64,000 bases of DNA from an uncultured Candidatus Rokubacteria bacterium (GCA_963754315.1 CAVWFS010000007.1:96001-160000); one strand, 5' to 3'. Shown: positions 40,821 to 51,939, numbered from the stretch's first letter. A program made the numbers and translations. The notes: generated by a model from the sequence alone, not told the origin.

Positions 40821-42382
40821 CTACGTCGTCTCCACTCGAGCGCGTTCCCGCTCCACGAGGACCCGGCGCAGGATCTTCCCCGTGGCGCTCTTCGGGATCT
40901 CGTTCACGACGTCCAGAGCGCGCAGCTGCTTGTAGGGCGCGACTCGCTCGGCCACGAAGGCCATGATGGCGGCCGCCGTGGTCGGGTGATCCTCGTTGAG
41001 GACGACAAAGCCCTTCGGTGCTTCACCCTCGCCCGGGATCAGGGTGGGAATGACGGCCGCATCCAGCACGGCCGGATGCTCCATGAGGACCGCCTCCAGC
41101 TCGGCAGGCGCTACCTGGTAGCCTTTGTACTTGATCATCTCCTTGGCGCGGTCCACCAGCCATAGAAAGCCGTCTGCGTCGAGGCGGGCAATGTCGCCCG
41201 TGCGCACCCAGCCGCCCGGCAAGATGGCCTGGGCCGTGGCTGCCGGCTGCTTCCAATAGCCACGCATCACCTGCGGCCCGCGGACCAGGAGCTCGCCGGT
41301 CGCGCCCGGCGCCACCTCCGCGCCGGTCTCCACGTCGACGATGCGCTGCTCCACGTCAGGGAGCGGCAGCCCGACCGAACCCTCCCGCCAGGCGTCGGGG
41401 GGATTGATGTGGGTGGGACAGGCTTCGGTCATCCCATAACACTGGAACACCGGACATCGTAGGCGTGCGGCCGCCAGGCTCGCCACCTCACCGGGGAGCG
41501 GTGCGGCGGCGGAGGCGATGAAGCGGAGCGAGGAAAGATCATGCGCATCCACCGCCGGATGGTGGGCGAGCGCCAGCAGCGCCGGCGGCACCACATACAG
41601 TTCTGACACGCGATACCGCTCGATCAGCTCCAGCGCCTGTGCGGCGTCGAAGCGGGGCATGACCACACAGGTGGCGCCGACGGCCAAGGGCGCGTGCAGG
41701 AGCACCACCGCGCCGTAGATATGGTAGAAGGGCAGAAAGGCCAGCTCGACCGATTCCTCAACGATGGCGCCCGTGCTGATCCATTGCCGCGCGTTGGTCG
41801 CGAGGCTCGCGTGGGTGAGCATGACCCCCTTCGGCATTCCGGTGGTCCCGCTGGAGTAGGGCAGGAACGCGAGGTCGTGTTCCGGATCGACGGTCACCGG
41901 GTCCGCGTCCGTCGAGGTGTCAGCCCCGAGCGACTCGATCTCTTCGATGGCCTCGACTCGCCTCAGCGTCGGAACGTGACCCCGCGTCGCTCCGAGCGCC
42001 GCCACGAGTGGCCGTGTGGCAAAGGCGATCACGGCCTCGGCGTCGGCCAGTTGCGCGGTGAACTCCCGCTCACGGAAGAGTGGATTCAGGCCCGTGACCT
42101 TGGCGCCGGCCAGCAGGGCGCCATACACCGCGATGGCGTACTCCGCACAGTTGGGCGCCATGATGGCGACCGTCTCGCCACGCCGCACACCAGCGCTGCA
42201 GCTGGAGGAACCGCGCGAGACGGCGGGCGGCCATCCATAGACGCCTATAGGTGTAGACCTCACCGTCACTGCCAATCAGGGCGGCCTTGTCCGGGACACG
42301 GCTGCGCGGTCGCCTCCAGCAGCGCCGGCAGCGGCTGCCGCGGGTATGGGGCCAGCGACGGGCGGGCACGACGCGGGATCAA
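40821..42382 (-). CDS. AMP-dependent acyl-CoA ligase (4-coumarate-CoA ligase-like), N-terminus broken by two 1-nt insertions (near 42304 and 42195)
   Basis: YSSGTTGMPKG, YGMTE, TGDI, DRAKEMIKYKG, PKSATGK; N-terminus reconstructed across three frames from TTG 42382. Confidence 0.85.
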
Positions 42383-42813
42383 GGCGTGGCGGCGAGACGC
42401 TTCTGAAAGAAATGGTGCCGATGTCCGTCCGGATGGCCCTCCAGAACCGCGAAGGCCTCGTACCCGAGCTTCGGATAGAACTCCGGAGCCTGAAAGCTGA
42501 ATGTCGTGAGCCAGGCCCGGGTGCAGCCACGCTGGACCGCGTAGCGCTCGGCGGCCTCGAGGAGCTGGCGGCCGTAGCCGCGGCCGCGCAGGGGCTCGGC
42601 CACCCACAGGAAGGCCACGTGCAACCACCCGCCCCAGATGTTGCCGAGGAGACCACCCAGGACCTCCTCGTGCTCGTCTCTCAGGAAGACGGAGAGCGTG
42701 TGATACTCGGCGAGCCCGGTGACGGCCACGTTGAAGGTGTCCAGATGATCCCGGACGTGCTGCCGGAGGCTCTCCGCAGCGTGCGGCTCGACGCTGACCC
42801 GAAGGCGACTCAT
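42379..42813 (-). CDS. GNAT family N-acetyltransferase
   Basis: LWVAEPLRGRGYGRQLL, FSFQAPEFYPKLGY. Confidence 0.93.
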   Translation of the reverse strand: MSRLRVSVEPHAAESLRQHVRDHLDTFNVAVTGLAEYHTLSVFLRDEHEEVLGGLLGNIWGGWLHVAFLWVAEPLRGRGYGRQLLEAAERYAVQRGCTRAWLTTFSFQAPEFYPKLGYEAFAVLEGHPDGHRHHFFQKRLAATP

Positions 42814-42819
42814 GGAAGC

Positions 42820-42831
42820 GGATTATAATCC
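42820..42831. promoter_or_regulatory. Candidate bidirectional -10 element
   Basis: Perfect palindrome GGATTATAATCC gives TATAAT on both strands between divergent genes; minus-strand copy is 8 nt from the GNAT ATG. Confidence 0.65.
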
Positions 42832-42856
42832 CGGACGCTGGTGAGGGATCTGCCCG

Positions 42857-43714
42857 ATGAGAGTCGTGGCGTGGAACATACGCGCGGGTGGTGGCAAGCG
42901 TGCCGACGACATCGCACGTCAGATCCACCGATGGGCGCCTGACCTGGTTGCCCTCTCGGAGTTTCGGGGCACGGCGCCGAGCGGCACCCTCGAAGCCGCC
43001 CTCGCCGCCACGGGGTTGCGCCACCAGCTCAAGACCGCCGACCCGGGTGCGCCGGCCAGGAACTCCCTGCTCATGGCTTCCCGCTGGCACCTACGCCGGC
43101 TTCGGGTGACGGGCGCGCCGGAGGAGCCGGGCCGCTGGCTCGTGGCGGCCGTCGACGCGCCGATTCCGCTGGCCATGGCTGCCATGCATGTGCCCAACCG
43201 CGTGGGAGGCCGCAAGTATCCTTTCTTGGACGCTGCCCTCGCGTGTGCCCGCCGGTGGCGACGCGGCCCTGCCCTGTTTGTCGGCGACACGAACTCTGGC
43301 CGCCGTGGTCTCGATGAGGAGGCCTCCGCCTTCAGCGAGCGCGAAGAGGGATGGTTCGACAGTCTGGCCGCGTGCGGCTGGGCTGACGCCTTTCGTCATG
43401 TCCACGGCGACACCAGGGCCTACACGTGGTATTCGCCGAACGGCCGCAACGGCTTCCGCATCGACCAAGCCTTCGTCAATCGACCGCTTCTGCCCCACCT
43501 CAGTGGAGTCGCCCACGTGTGGGCGGGGGCGACGCGTGGGCGGCGCGACGTGCTCAGCGATCACGCCGCCCTCGTGGTCGACCTCGCGGAGGCGCCATCA
43601 GCGTGTCCGAGCAATCCGCCGACCCTGCCGGCGAGCCATGTCGTTCGTGGCAAGATGGAGGCGTCGCCCGATCGCGGGGACGACAACCCGTGTGTGAGGA
43701 GGATGCGGTCGTGA
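42857..43714 (+). CDS. Endonuclease/exonuclease/phosphatase (ExoIII-like) family protein
   Basis: WNIR, LSEF, GDTN, YTWYS, RIDQAF, SDHA motifs. Confidence 0.9.
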   Translation: MRVVAWNIRAGGGKRADDIARQIHRWAPDLVALSEFRGTAPSGTLEAALAATGLRHQLKTADPGAPARNSLLMASRWHLRRLRVTGAPEEPGRWLVAAVDAPIPLAMAAMHVPNRVGGRKYPFLDAALACARRWRRGPALFVGDTNSGRRGLDEEASAFSEREEGWFDSLAACGWADAFRHVHGDTRAYTWYSPNGRNGFRIDQAFVNRPLLPHLSGVAHVWAGATRGRRDVLSDHAALVVDLAEAPSACPSNPPTLPASHVVRGKMEASPDRGDDNPCVRRMRS

Positions 43715-44133
43715 TGAATCGCGGACGGCGCGTGGGAATGTTGATGATGCTGATAGGCATCGTGGGTATGGTCGCCATGGGCTGCGCCAGCAGTGGGTGG
43801 CCGAAGTTCATCGGCCAGGATGGGATCACGAGCCTGACCGGGACGTGGCAAGGGGGGCTGATAGGCCACACGGGAGGACTGGTCCCCATGGGCGTCACGG
43901 TCAACCCTGACGGGACGTACGTCACCGCGGCCGAGAACTATAGTAGCCGTGGAACCGCGAGCGTGCGTGACGGCACCTTCGTCCTGCAGCCGACCGGGAC
44001 CCCGGCGGGCCAAGCGCCTGAGCCGACCGCGGTGGCGACGTTGTCCCAGCGCGATGACGGTGCCCTCGTCCTCACGGGCGCGGGGCGAAGCGACGCCGGC
44101 CCCTTCTCGTTCGTCGTCACGAAGATGAAGTGA
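43714..44133 (+). CDS. Hypothetical lipoprotein
   Basis: MNRGRR plus hydrophobic stretch and AMG-C lipobox-like site; LTGTWQG beta-rich body; AGGAGG RBS. Confidence 0.7.
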   Translation: MNRGRRVGMLMMLIGIVGMVAMGCASSGWPKFIGQDGITSLTGTWQGGLIGHTGGLVPMGVTVNPDGTYVTAAENYSSRGTASVRDGTFVLQPTGTPAGQAPEPTAVATLSQRDDGALVLTGAGRSDAGPFSFVVTKMK

Positions 44134-44157
44134 TATGTGCGGGCGAGCGCGGAGCGG

Positions 44158-44622
44158 CTATCGATCCCAACCGAGGGTGGCATAGGCGGCCAGCAGTCCG
44201 GCAGCGATCAGGAAGGCCATACTCGCCGTCGCGATTCCCAGCCACGTCAACCATGCCACCAGCCCCAGCAGGACTGCCGTCCCGACGTTCGCGCCAAGCA
44301 CCAAGAGGGCGGTCTCCGCGTGCGTGGACAGCCTGGGCATCGTGCCCGGCGTTGCCGGCCTCCAGTCTCGGGCGCCCACCAGAAGCCGGCAGTCAGGACA
44401 GTAGACGGCCGGTTTGGCCTCGTCACGGTAGCGCAGGAGCAGGTCCTCGCATTCGTGGCCGTCCCGAGTGAGCTCGTGCTCGATGGCCCACGTCTCGACA
44501 TCCACGACGGCGACCAGCTCGACGATCTCGGTCGGTGGGGAGGCTGGGGGCAGGACGATCTTCGGAAACAGCGTTCCCGCCAGCCCGTCCGATTCGCCAC
44601 CGCGACTCTCCGGCACGCTCAC
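44158..44622 (-). CDS. Hypothetical membrane protein with HxC...CxxC zinc-ribbon-like motif and two C-terminal TM helices
   Basis: 3' part of ORF 44158..45144; GGAGGGAG RBS before GTG 44622; GHEC...YCPDC. Confidence 0.5.
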   Translation of the reverse strand: MSVPESRGGESDGLAGTLFPKIVLPPASPPTEIVELVAVVDVETWAIEHELTRDGHECEDLLLRYRDEAKPAVYCPDCRLLVGARDWRPATPGTMPRLSTHAETALLVLGANVGTAVLLGLVAWLTWLGIATASMAFLIAAGLLAAYATLGWDR

Positions 44623-44760
44623 CGCACTCCCTCCCAGAGGGTCGCACCGAATCGACCCTGGGACAACCCAGACCGCAGAGCGAATCGCCGTGCATGATGA
44701 AGCAGAGTTCGGCTGAGTTGGGCTCCCTTCCCTGCCGCCGCAAGCGGACGACGTCCCGAG

Positions 44761-44994
44761 ATGCCGAACCAAGTTAGCCGGGTCACGGTGGAGCGCTGGC
44801 TGCTGTCCCGCGGATTCGTGCTCCGCGCCGGCGGAAAGACCAGCCATCGCCACTTCGTGCGCGCGGGAGTCGTGATAACCCTTCCCGGCCACGGACCTCA
44901 GGATCTGACGAAGAAGCATGTCGGTATGATCATCCGCCAGCTTGAGCGAGCGGGGTTTGATCGTGCCGAGGTTCGACGCGACTTTCAGGCCTGA
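44761..44994 (+). CDS. hicA: HicA-family toxin (type II TA mRNA interferase)
   Basis: 77 aa, basic; LLSRGF...GGKTSHRHF...VITLPGH..DL...IIRQ matches the HicA dsRBD-like pattern. Confidence 0.78.
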   Translation: MPNQVSRVTVERWLLSRGFVLRAGGKTSHRHFVRAGVVITLPGHGPQDLTKKHVGMIIRQLERAGFDRAEVRRDFQA

Positions 44995-45118
44995 GAGGCG
45001 ATCACATATCGCCCTCATCCAAGGGTATACTCGGGGCTGACGGCCGTGGCTTGCGGCCCCGGTGGGGGTGCCCAGGCCGCCGCTCTCACACTCCACACAC
45101 CCCACGGAGGAGTCGAAC

Positions 45119-45751
45119 ATGAAGCTCAGCAGAGCCGCTACCACGCTTGCCGTCGCCTCGCTCGTTGCCTACGCGCCGATGACCTGGGCGCAGACGTCCA
45201 CGCCGGCCCCCGCCACACCGGCGCCGAAGACGTCCGCCGAGGCTCCGCCGGCCCAGAAGAAGCCAGGCGTGGGGGAAGTCCGGGCCATCAAGTTGCATGG
45301 CACCGTCGCCGCCGTCGACAAGGAGGGGAAAACCATCACGCTCAAGGGCTCGAAGGGACGCACGGTGATCCTCGACGTGCACGACCCGACCAAGCTCGAG
45401 GCCGTCAAAGTCGGCGATCCAGTGGTCGCGACGTATTACGAGGCGGTGGCCATCCAGGTGAAGCCGGCCGGCTCCGCGACCCCGAGCGTCACCGTCCAGG
45501 AGGGCCGCGCAGGCTCCAAGCCCGGTGAGAATCCGGCCGGAGTCATCGCCCGCGAGGTGACCATGGTCGGCACCATCACCGCCGTGAACCCCAAGGCGCC
45601 ATCGGTCACCATCAAGGGGCCCAAGGGCCGGACGGAGACGGTGAAGGTGAGGGACGCCAAGAATCTGGCCAACGTGAAGGCGGGCGACATGGTCGAACTG
45701 ACCTACGCCCAGGCGTTCGCGGTCGCCCTGGACAAAGCCGCGAAGCACTGA
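45119..45751 (+). CDS. Secreted protein with two tandem OB-fold (CusF-like) repeats
   Basis: Signal peptide ending TWA-Q, P/A linker, two repeats of GT(V/I)xAV...(I/V)T(L/I)KG.KGRT...VKxGDxV..TY; GGAGG RBS. Confidence 0.75.
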   Translation: MKLSRAATTLAVASLVAYAPMTWAQTSTPAPATPAPKTSAEAPPAQKKPGVGEVRAIKLHGTVAAVDKEGKTITLKGSKGRTVILDVHDPTKLEAVKVGDPVVATYYEAVAIQVKPAGSATPSVTVQEGRAGSKPGENPAGVIAREVTMVGTITAVNPKAPSVTIKGPKGRTETVKVRDAKNLANVKAGDMVELTYAQAFAVALDKAAKH

Positions 45752-45764
45752 GACCTCGACCGGG

Positions 45765-45796
45765 CCCAGGCGCGCAGCGCAGAGTGCGCGCCTGGG
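45765..45796. terminator. Hairpin between convergent genes
   Basis: CCCAGGCGCGCA-N8-TGCGCGCCTGGG, 12-bp perfect stem. Confidence 0.65.
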
Positions 45797-45806
45797 TGAC
45801 CCAGAC

Positions 45807-48251
45807 CTAAACGTTATCGGCCTCGGTCGAGCTGCCCGGCGCCCGCGCTGGGCCCTGCTGGCCCCACTGCCAGCCGCTGATCTCCGGCTGGTCCTCGCCG
45901 TGCTCGACGACGTATTGCCGGTGCGTGATGAGGGCCTCGTGAATCGCCTGCTTGAAGTACGCCGCCCGCGCTCCCAACGTGGGCACGCGGTCAATGACGT
46001 CCCCCACCAGGTGGAAGCGGTCGAGACGATTCAGCACGCACATGTCGAAGGGCGTCGTCGTCGTGCCCTCTTCAACGTAGCCGCGCACGTGAATGCTCTT
46101 GTGGTTGGTGCGCCGATAGGTGAGCCGGTGGATCAAGTTGGGATAACCGTGAAAGGCGAAGACGACGGGCCGGTCCGTCGTGAAGAGCACGTCGAAGTCC
46201 CGGTCGCTCAGGCCGTGTGGATGCTCACTCTGCGACTGGAGCTTCATGAGATCCACCACGTTGATGACGCGAATCTTCACCTCGGGCAGGTGGCGGCGGA
46301 GGAGCTCGACGGCGGCGAGCGTTTCCAGAGTAGGCACGTCGCCGCAGCAGGCCATGACCACGTCGGGCTCACCGCCCTGGTCGTTGCTGGCCCACGGCCA
46401 GATCCCGATGCCCGCCGTGCAATGCTTGATGGCCTGGTCCATGGTCAACCACTGCGGGGCCGGCTGCTTGCCGGCCACGACCACGTTGACGTAGTTCCGG
46501 CTGCGCAGGCAGTGGTCGGTGACCGATAGCAAGCAGTTGGCATCCGGCGGCAAGTACACCCGGACCACCTCGGCCTTCTTGTTGACCACGTGGTCGATGA
46601 AGCCTGGATCCTGGTGGCTGAAGCCGTTGTGGTCCTGCCGCCAGACGTGGCTGGACAGGAGATAGTTGAGCGAGGCGATGGGCCGGCGCCACGGGATGTG
46701 CCGGGTGATCTTCAGCCACTTTGCGTGCTGGTTGAACATCGAGTCGATGATGTGGATGAAGGCTTCGTAGCACGAGAAGAAGCCGTGGCGGCCGGTCAGG
46801 AGATAGCCCTCGAGCCAGCCCTGGCACTGGTGCTCGCTGAGCACCTCCATCACGCGGCCGTCGGGAGCCAGGCGGTCGTCGTAGTCGACACGGTCGGCGA
46901 CCCACGTCCGGTTGGTGACCTCCAGCACATCCTGCCAGCGGTTCGAGTTGCTCTCGTCCGGGCTGAAGAGGCGGAAATTCCGGGCCTCCAGATTCCGTTT
47001 CATCACGTCACGGAGGAACACGCCCATGACCCGGGTGGCCTCGGCGTTCGTCGCCCCCGGCCGGGGAACATTCACGGCGTAATCGCGGAAGTCGGGCATG
47101 CGCAGGTCCTTGAGGAGCAGCCCGCCGTTGGCATGGGGGATGGCGCTCATGCGTCGTTCGCCCCGCGGGGCGAGGGCGGCCAGTTCGGGAACGAGCTTGC
47201 CCTTCTCGTCGAACAGCTCCCCTGGCCGGTAGCTCTTCATCCATTGCTCGAGGAGCTGCACGTGGGCGGGGTTCTCGTGCATCTCACCCATCGGCACCTG
47301 GTGGGAGCGCCAGTAGTCCTCCGTGCGCTTGCCGTCAATCTCCTTGGGACAGGTCCAGCCCTTGGGAGAGCGCAGGACGATCATGGGCCAGCGCGGACGC
47401 GCCGTGTTGCCGTTCCGACGCGCGTCAGACTGGATCCGGCCGATCTCGGCAATGACCGTGTCGAGGGTGCTCGCCATGAGCTGGTGCATCTTCTCCGGTT
47501 CGTGACCTTCGACGAAATAGGGCGTGTAGCCGTAGCCTCGGAAGAGATGGTCCAGCTCCTCATGGCTGATGCGGGCCAGCACCGTCGGGTTCGCGATCTT
47601 GTAGCCGTTGAGGTGCAGGATCGGCAGCACAGCACCGTCCAGGGCGGGATTGAGGAACTTGTTGGAGTGCCAGCTGGTGGCCAGCGCTCCGGTCTCCGCC
47701 TCGCCGTCACCGACCACGCAGGCCACGATCAGATCAGGGTTGTCGAAGGCGGCGCCGTAGGCGTGGGAGAGGGCGTAGCCCAGCTCGCCGCCCTCGTGGA
47801 TGGAGCCAGGCGTTTCCGGGGCGACGTGGCTCGGGATGCCACCGGGGAACGAGAACTGCTTGAACAGCCGCAGCAAACCGTCCTCGTCCTGGCTGATGTT
47901 CGGATAGACCTCGCTGTAGGTGCCCTCCAGGTAGGCGTTGGCGACGAGACCGGGTCCACCGTGCCCGGGACCCGTGATGTAGAGCATGCTGAGGTCGTGC
48001 TGCTTGATCACCCGGTTCAGGTGGGCGTACAGGAAGTTGAGGCCCGGCGTCGTACCCCAGTGGCCGAGGAGGCGTGGCTTGACGTGCTCCTTGGTGAGGG
48101 GTTGCTTCAAGAGGGGGTTGTCATAGAGGTAGATCTGCCCGACCGAGAGATAGTTGGCCGCGCGCCAGTAGGCGTCGATCTTGCGCAGCTCATCGGCTGA
48201 GAGTGGGTTGCTGGCGCCGCCGCGTGCGGGCTTCGTGGCCGGAGTGCTCAT
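45807..48251 (-). CDS. xfp: Phosphoketolase (xylulose-5-P/fructose-6-P)
   Basis: [54 protein letters not shown]. Confidence 0.97.
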   Translation of the reverse strand: MSTPATKPARGGASNPLSADELRKIDAYWRAANYLSVGQIYLYDNPLLKQPLTKEHVKPRLLGHWGTTPGLNFLYAHLNRVIKQHDLSMLYITGPGHGGPGLVANAYLEGTYSEVYPNISQDEDGLLRLFKQFSFPGGIPSHVAPETPGSIHEGGELGYALSHAYGAAFDNPDLIVACVVGDGEAETGALATSWHSNKFLNPALDGAVLPILHLNGYKIANPTVLARISHEELDHLFRGYGYTPYFVEGHEPEKMHQLMASTLDTVIAEIGRIQSDARRNGNTARPRWPMIVLRSPKGWTCPKEIDGKRTEDYWRSHQVPMGEMHENPAHVQLLEQWMKSYRPGELFDEKGKLVPELAALAPRGERRMSAIPHANGGLLLKDLRMPDFRDYAVNVPRPGATNAEATRVMGVFLRDVMKRNLEARNFRLFSPDESNSNRWQDVLEVTNRTWVADRVDYDDRLAPDGRVMEVLSEHQCQGWLEGYLLTGRHGFFSCYEAFIHIIDSMFNQHAKWLKITRHIPWRRPIASLNYLLSSHVWRQDHNGFSHQDPGFIDHVVNKKAEVVRVYLPPDANCLLSVTDHCLRSRNYVNVVVAGKQPAPQWLTMDQAIKHCTAGIGIWPWASNDQGGEPDVVMACCGDVPTLETLAAVELLRRHLPEVKIRVINVVDLMKLQSQSEHPHGLSDRDFDVLFTTDRPVVFAFHGYPNLIHRLTYRRTNHKSIHVRGYVEEGTTTTPFDMCVLNRLDRFHLVGDVIDRVPTLGARAAYFKQAIHEALITHRQYVVEHGEDQPEISGWQWGQQGPARAPGSSTEADNV

Positions 48252-48456
48252 GTCTGGGGCTCCTGCTCTGGGTAGCTTGGAGTAGGTTCACGTCCGCCTT
48301 CCGCGGTACAGGGCGTTCGCCATGCCTACGCGGGAGGCCAGTGTCCTCCATATGACCATATCCCACAACGGTCCCCTCGCGTCGACGATCTCGCGCGTGG
48401 GGTCGTCGGCGAATCTATTCCCACACTGGCTCGCAGGACGTCGACCACCGCGCTTG

Positions 48457-49854
48457 TCACTGCTTTCGCGCGGCGCGGTCGGCGGCGAGCTGTCCCTGGC
48501 GAGCGAGGTCGATCGTCTCTCCCAGGATCCGTGCAAGCTCCTGGGGCGCGTGGAACCCCATGGAGTTCTCGGCGGCCACGAAGTCGAGCCGCCACTGAGC
48601 TTTCCGATGCAACGCCTGCGCCGCCTGGACGTCGGCGTCCCTCGTACCGGCCTTGCGGGCGGCCACGATGGCGTCCAGCAGGTCGGTGGTGGCCTTGGCC
48701 GCCCGCTGAAGCAGCTCGTGATGCCGGTCCTGGATGGTGAGCACGCGGCTCTCGAGCTCCTTCTCGGGTACGGCATGGCAGGGCTGGCAGGCCCGATTGA
48801 TGTTGAGCAGCGGGCTGCGGACCCAGTGGTCGCTCACCTTGAGGGCGCCCACCCGTTCGTAGGGCATGTGGCAGTCCGCGCACGCCACGCCGGCCCGCGC
48901 GTGGATGCCCTGGTTCCACACCTCGAACTCCGGATGCTGGGCCTTGAGCACCTTGGTCCCCGTCTCGGCGTGCACCCAGTCCGTGAAGCCTTCCTTGTCG
49001 TAATAGGCTTCGATCTCCTCGACCTTGAGGCCGTTCGCCCACGGGTAGGTGACGATCTTGCCGTCTCCCTTGAAGTAGTACTCCACGTGGCACTGACCGC
49101 AGACGTACGACCGCATCTCCTGGCGGGTGGCGCTGCGGTTCGGATCGTAGTCGGGGATGCCCTGCTTGGCCTTGAGCGCCTTGATCCCCGCCAGAAACGC
49201 GGGGCGGGTCACCCGCAGGGCCATGGTCTTCGGGTCGTGGCAGTCGACGCAGGCGAGCGGATGCTGGAGCAGAGGCTGGCCCTTGTCGTCCTTCATGCCG
49301 TGCGCTTGTTCGTAGGGCATGCCGGATACCTGCTCGAAGCCCTTCGTGACGTCACCCTTGCCGACGAAGCGGTACAGGGCGAGATTTGCCGCGTGACACT
49401 GGATGCACGCGCCAGGCTGTTTCTTCTCGGTCACACGGCGCGTCTGCTCCTGATCGAAGAGGGCGTACGCGTGGCCCCGGCGGTCGCGGTAGTCAATGGC
49501 AAAGGCGTAGCCGGCGAAGATGCGTCGGAGCCACGGCTCCCGTTCGAGCTTCTGCTCCGCGGGTCCGCCGTCGCTGGCGCCGAGGCCTCGGCCGCCGTAC
49601 TTCGTCGCGGTCGGCAGTGACGTCTTGAGATAGCTGTCGTATTCGGCAGGCCAGTTCTGACCCCACACCTTCGGGTCCATGGTGTCCTCGCTCACCTCGA
49701 CGACGCGTACGAAGGGCTGACGGGCCTCCTGCTTGCGCTCGAAGATATTGGTGAGGAGCGACAGGAGCAGCACGGTGAGCCCGGCAGCACCCAGGAAGCC
49801 GAGGACGACCAGTAACCAGCTCTGCCACCGCCTTGCGCGAACACCATCGGTCAT
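48457..49854 (-). CDS. nrfA: Ammonia-forming cytochrome c nitrite reductase catalytic subunit (c552), CxxCH heme-1 variant
   Basis: [14 protein letters not shown], five heme motifs ([32 protein letters not shown]), [16 protein letters not shown]; start trimmed to ATG 49854. Confidence 0.95.
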   Translation of the reverse strand: MTDGVRARRWQSWLLVVLGFLGAAGLTVLLLSLLTNIFERKQEARQPFVRVVEVSEDTMDPKVWGQNWPAEYDSYLKTSLPTATKYGGRGLGASDGGPAEQKLEREPWLRRIFAGYAFAIDYRDRRGHAYALFDQEQTRRVTEKKQPGACIQCHAANLALYRFVGKGDVTKGFEQVSGMPYEQAHGMKDDKGQPLLQHPLACVDCHDPKTMALRVTRPAFLAGIKALKAKQGIPDYDPNRSATRQEMRSYVCGQCHVEYYFKGDGKIVTYPWANGLKVEEIEAYYDKEGFTDWVHAETGTKVLKAQHPEFEVWNQGIHARAGVACADCHMPYERVGALKVSDHWVRSPLLNINRACQPCHAVPEKELESRVLTIQDRHHELLQRAAKATTDLLDAIVAARKAGTRDADVQAAQALHRKAQWRLDFVAAENSMGFHAPQELARILGETIDLARQGQLAADRAARKQ

Positions 49855-49874
49855 CCTGTGCCCCTTTTCAGGAC

Positions 49875-50330
49875 CTAACCGCCGGCGCCATGGCCGGCGC
49901 CGGCGTGACAGTGCAGACAGTCGATCTCCCCGCGCGCCGGTGTCGTCGTCAGGAGCACGTGGTCCACGAAGGCGGCGTGACAGCGTACGCAGTTTTCCTG
50001 CACCAGACGCCGGTCCCGGGCCGTGATCTCGATCGGCTCCTTGAAGTTCTGCAGCGTGAACGCCGCCGAATGCCGGAACCCGTGCTCCGCTTTGGCGACC
50101 CACTTGGCGAGACCCTCGTGTGGGAGGTGGCACTCGACACACGTCGCGGTGTGCCGGTGGCCGCTCTTGAGCCAGGCCTCGTACTGCTCGTTCATGATGT
50201 GGCAGTTCACGCACGCTCGGGGGTCGCTCGAGAGATAGGAGAAACCCTTGGCATACACGAACGTGAAGGCTCCCACCCCGGCCGGGACGGCGACGAGGAC
50301 GGCGAGGAGGAGTCCCGGAATCGCCGTCAT
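49875..50330 (-). CDS. nrfH: Cytochrome c nitrite reductase small subunit (tetraheme)
   Basis: N-terminal [33 protein letters not shown]. Confidence 0.95.
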   Translation of the reverse strand: MTAIPGLLLAVLVAVPAGVGAFTFVYAKGFSYLSSDPRACVNCHIMNEQYEAWLKSGHRHTATCVECHLPHEGLAKWVAKAEHGFRHSAAFTLQNFKEPIEITARDRRLVQENCVRCHAAFVDHVLLTTTPARGEIDCLHCHAGAGHGAGG

Positions 50331-50446
50331 CGCTCCCGCAAGCCCCCCAAGCTGGTCGACGCCCGGAGAACCCTGGTTGCTCCTCGATAGTCAGTCACGC
50401 CCCTAGCTCATTGCTGGTCGACGTCGGCGCGATCGGTCATCTCGCA

Positions 50447-50503
50447 TCGAGCTTATCCCGACTCCGCCGGCGTGGTCCAGCGCGTGGCTCGGGGTAGCTG
50501 CCC
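50447..50503. repeat. Direct repeat copy A (57 bp), flanks the aspA cassette
   Basis: 52/57 identical to 56402-56458. Confidence 0.9.
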
Positions 50504-50511
50504 CGAGGACA

Positions 50512-51939
50512 TCAAAAGAGATCCAGCTCGTAGTTGACGATCAGGCGAAAGTCCTTGACCAGTTTGCCCCCGCCGCGACCGATGTAGGCGTTGCGGAAGC
50601 GCAGCGAGAGGCCCTTGACGGCGGGTACGTTGTAGACGATGTCCAGATCTCCCTCGTGCGTGTCCGGCAACCCGGCGCCCGTTGGCGGGTCCACTCGATC
50701 CCGACCCGCGGCATAGATCATGTACACGCTCAGACCCTGAATCTGGAAGGGGAGCAGCGTTCCCCCAAAGTCGTACCTGACGCCCAGGCCGTAGGCGAGC
50801 TCGCCGGCGCGGTCGAACTCGGTCACCTGCAACGAGAGGTAGCCCGGCCACGTGCCGTAGGGCGTCCGGATCGAGGCGTTGTCGCTCGTCTTGTGCATGG
50901 CCGCGCCCACCCGCAGTCCCCTCCAAAGGACTCGTCCACCCCCGCCGATGTTCCACGTGCTGAAGTTTCCCAGGCGCGCGTCCCCCACGCTCCGCTGATC
51001 GGTGTACTGGATGCCGAACTGCAGGGCCAGGTCCTCGCTGAGCTTGTGGGTGTACTCGGCCTTGCCGAACGCGGTGTTGAAGACGTTGGCCACGTTGTAG
51101 TTGGCGGCGTACAGGGACAGGTCCTTGATCGGCGTGAGGGCCAGCGCCGTGAGGAGGAGACCCTCGTTTTTGCCGAGGGCCCCGGCCTGCTTGGACATCG
51201 AGATGAAGTCGTTCGAGTCCCGGGGCTTGATGTCCCAGATGTACCCCACGTCGTACTGCGCCCAGCCCACCTGGCCAGAGAGCATGAGGGCCTCGAACGT
51301 GTTCGGGAGCATCCGATTATCCTGTGGGTTCACGTAGCCCTCGTCGATCCGCTGGCGATAGCCCCTGAGGATCGCATAGTCCTTGTAGCGAAGGGCCGCC
51401 CACGCCTCGGCCACGACCCCGATCTCACCCTGCCCCGGGGTGAGCAAGAGGCTGCCGGGCCTGTCAGCCGGGGCGTAGGCCGGCAGGGACGTGTAATACG
51501 CCGCGCCGATCGCGAAGGTGTCGAGGAGCCACCCGGACTCGTACCTCACCCAGCCGCCGAGTGTCCACGCCTCGCTGGCTGTGTCGTCATCGTTCTCCCG
51601 ATTGAAGTAGAAGGACCGGAAGTGCAGCTGGATCTGGGTGTCGGCGAAGAAGGCAGGAAGGCGGCGCCGTTGCTCGGTGAGCTGGGGGTAGACGCGCTCC
51701 AGGAGTCCGGTCTCGGGAACGGGATTCGCCACGCTGTCGGGCGACCGAACGAAGTTGTCGCTTTCGATAGCGCCTGGCGGTGGACCGATCAACTCTGCCT
51801 GCTCTGCGCTGGCCGGCGCGGCGGGCGGCTCTGGGCTGCCCGGCGCCGGCGGCTCTGCGCTGCCGGGCGCGGCGGGCAAGAGTACGAGCCCGGCGGCCGC
51901 GGCCAAGACGAGGACAATCGCCGACCCTCCAGCGTTCAC
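50512..51939 (-). CDS. OprD-family outer membrane porin
   Basis: Signal peptide, LHFRSFYFNR, YESG, QDNRMLPNTFE, alternating beta strands, C-terminal DFRLIVNYELDLF. Confidence 0.85.
   Translation of the reverse strand: MNAGGSAIVLVLAAAAGLVLLPAAPGSAEPPAPGSPEPPAAPASAEQAELIGPPPGAIESDNFVRSPDSVANPVPETGLLERVYPQLTEQRRRLPAFFADTQIQLHFRSFYFNRENDDDTASEAWTLGGWVRYESGWLLDTFAIGAAYYTSLPAYAPADRPGSLLLTPGQGEIGVVAEAWAALRYKDYAILRGYRQRIDEGYVNPQDNRMLPNTFEALMLSGQVGWAQYDVGYIWDIKPRDSNDFISMSKQAGALGKNEGLLLTALALTPIKDLSLYAANYNVANVFNTAFGKAEYTHKLSEDLALQFGIQYTDQRSVGDARLGNFSTWNIGGGGRVLWRGLRVGAAMHKTSDNASIRTPYGTWPGYLSLQVTEFDRAGELAYGLGVRYDFGGTLLPFQIQGLSVYMIYAAGRDRVDPPTGAGLPDTHEGDLDIVYNVPAVKGLSLRFRNAYIGRGGGKLVKDFRLIVNYELDLF

Noticed and set aside
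49855..50214. 120-aa N-terminal extension of NrfA in the ORF track
   Set aside because: It overlaps nrfH in another frame; NrfA more plausibly starts at ATG 49854, just before its membrane anchor and after a GA-rich RBS.
48252..50452. FNR box or sigma-54 promoter upstream of xfp or nrfH
   Set aside because: No TTGAT-N4-ATCAA found by eye; the best sigma-54-like match (TGGCGAACGCCCTGT) lacks the conserved -12 GC.
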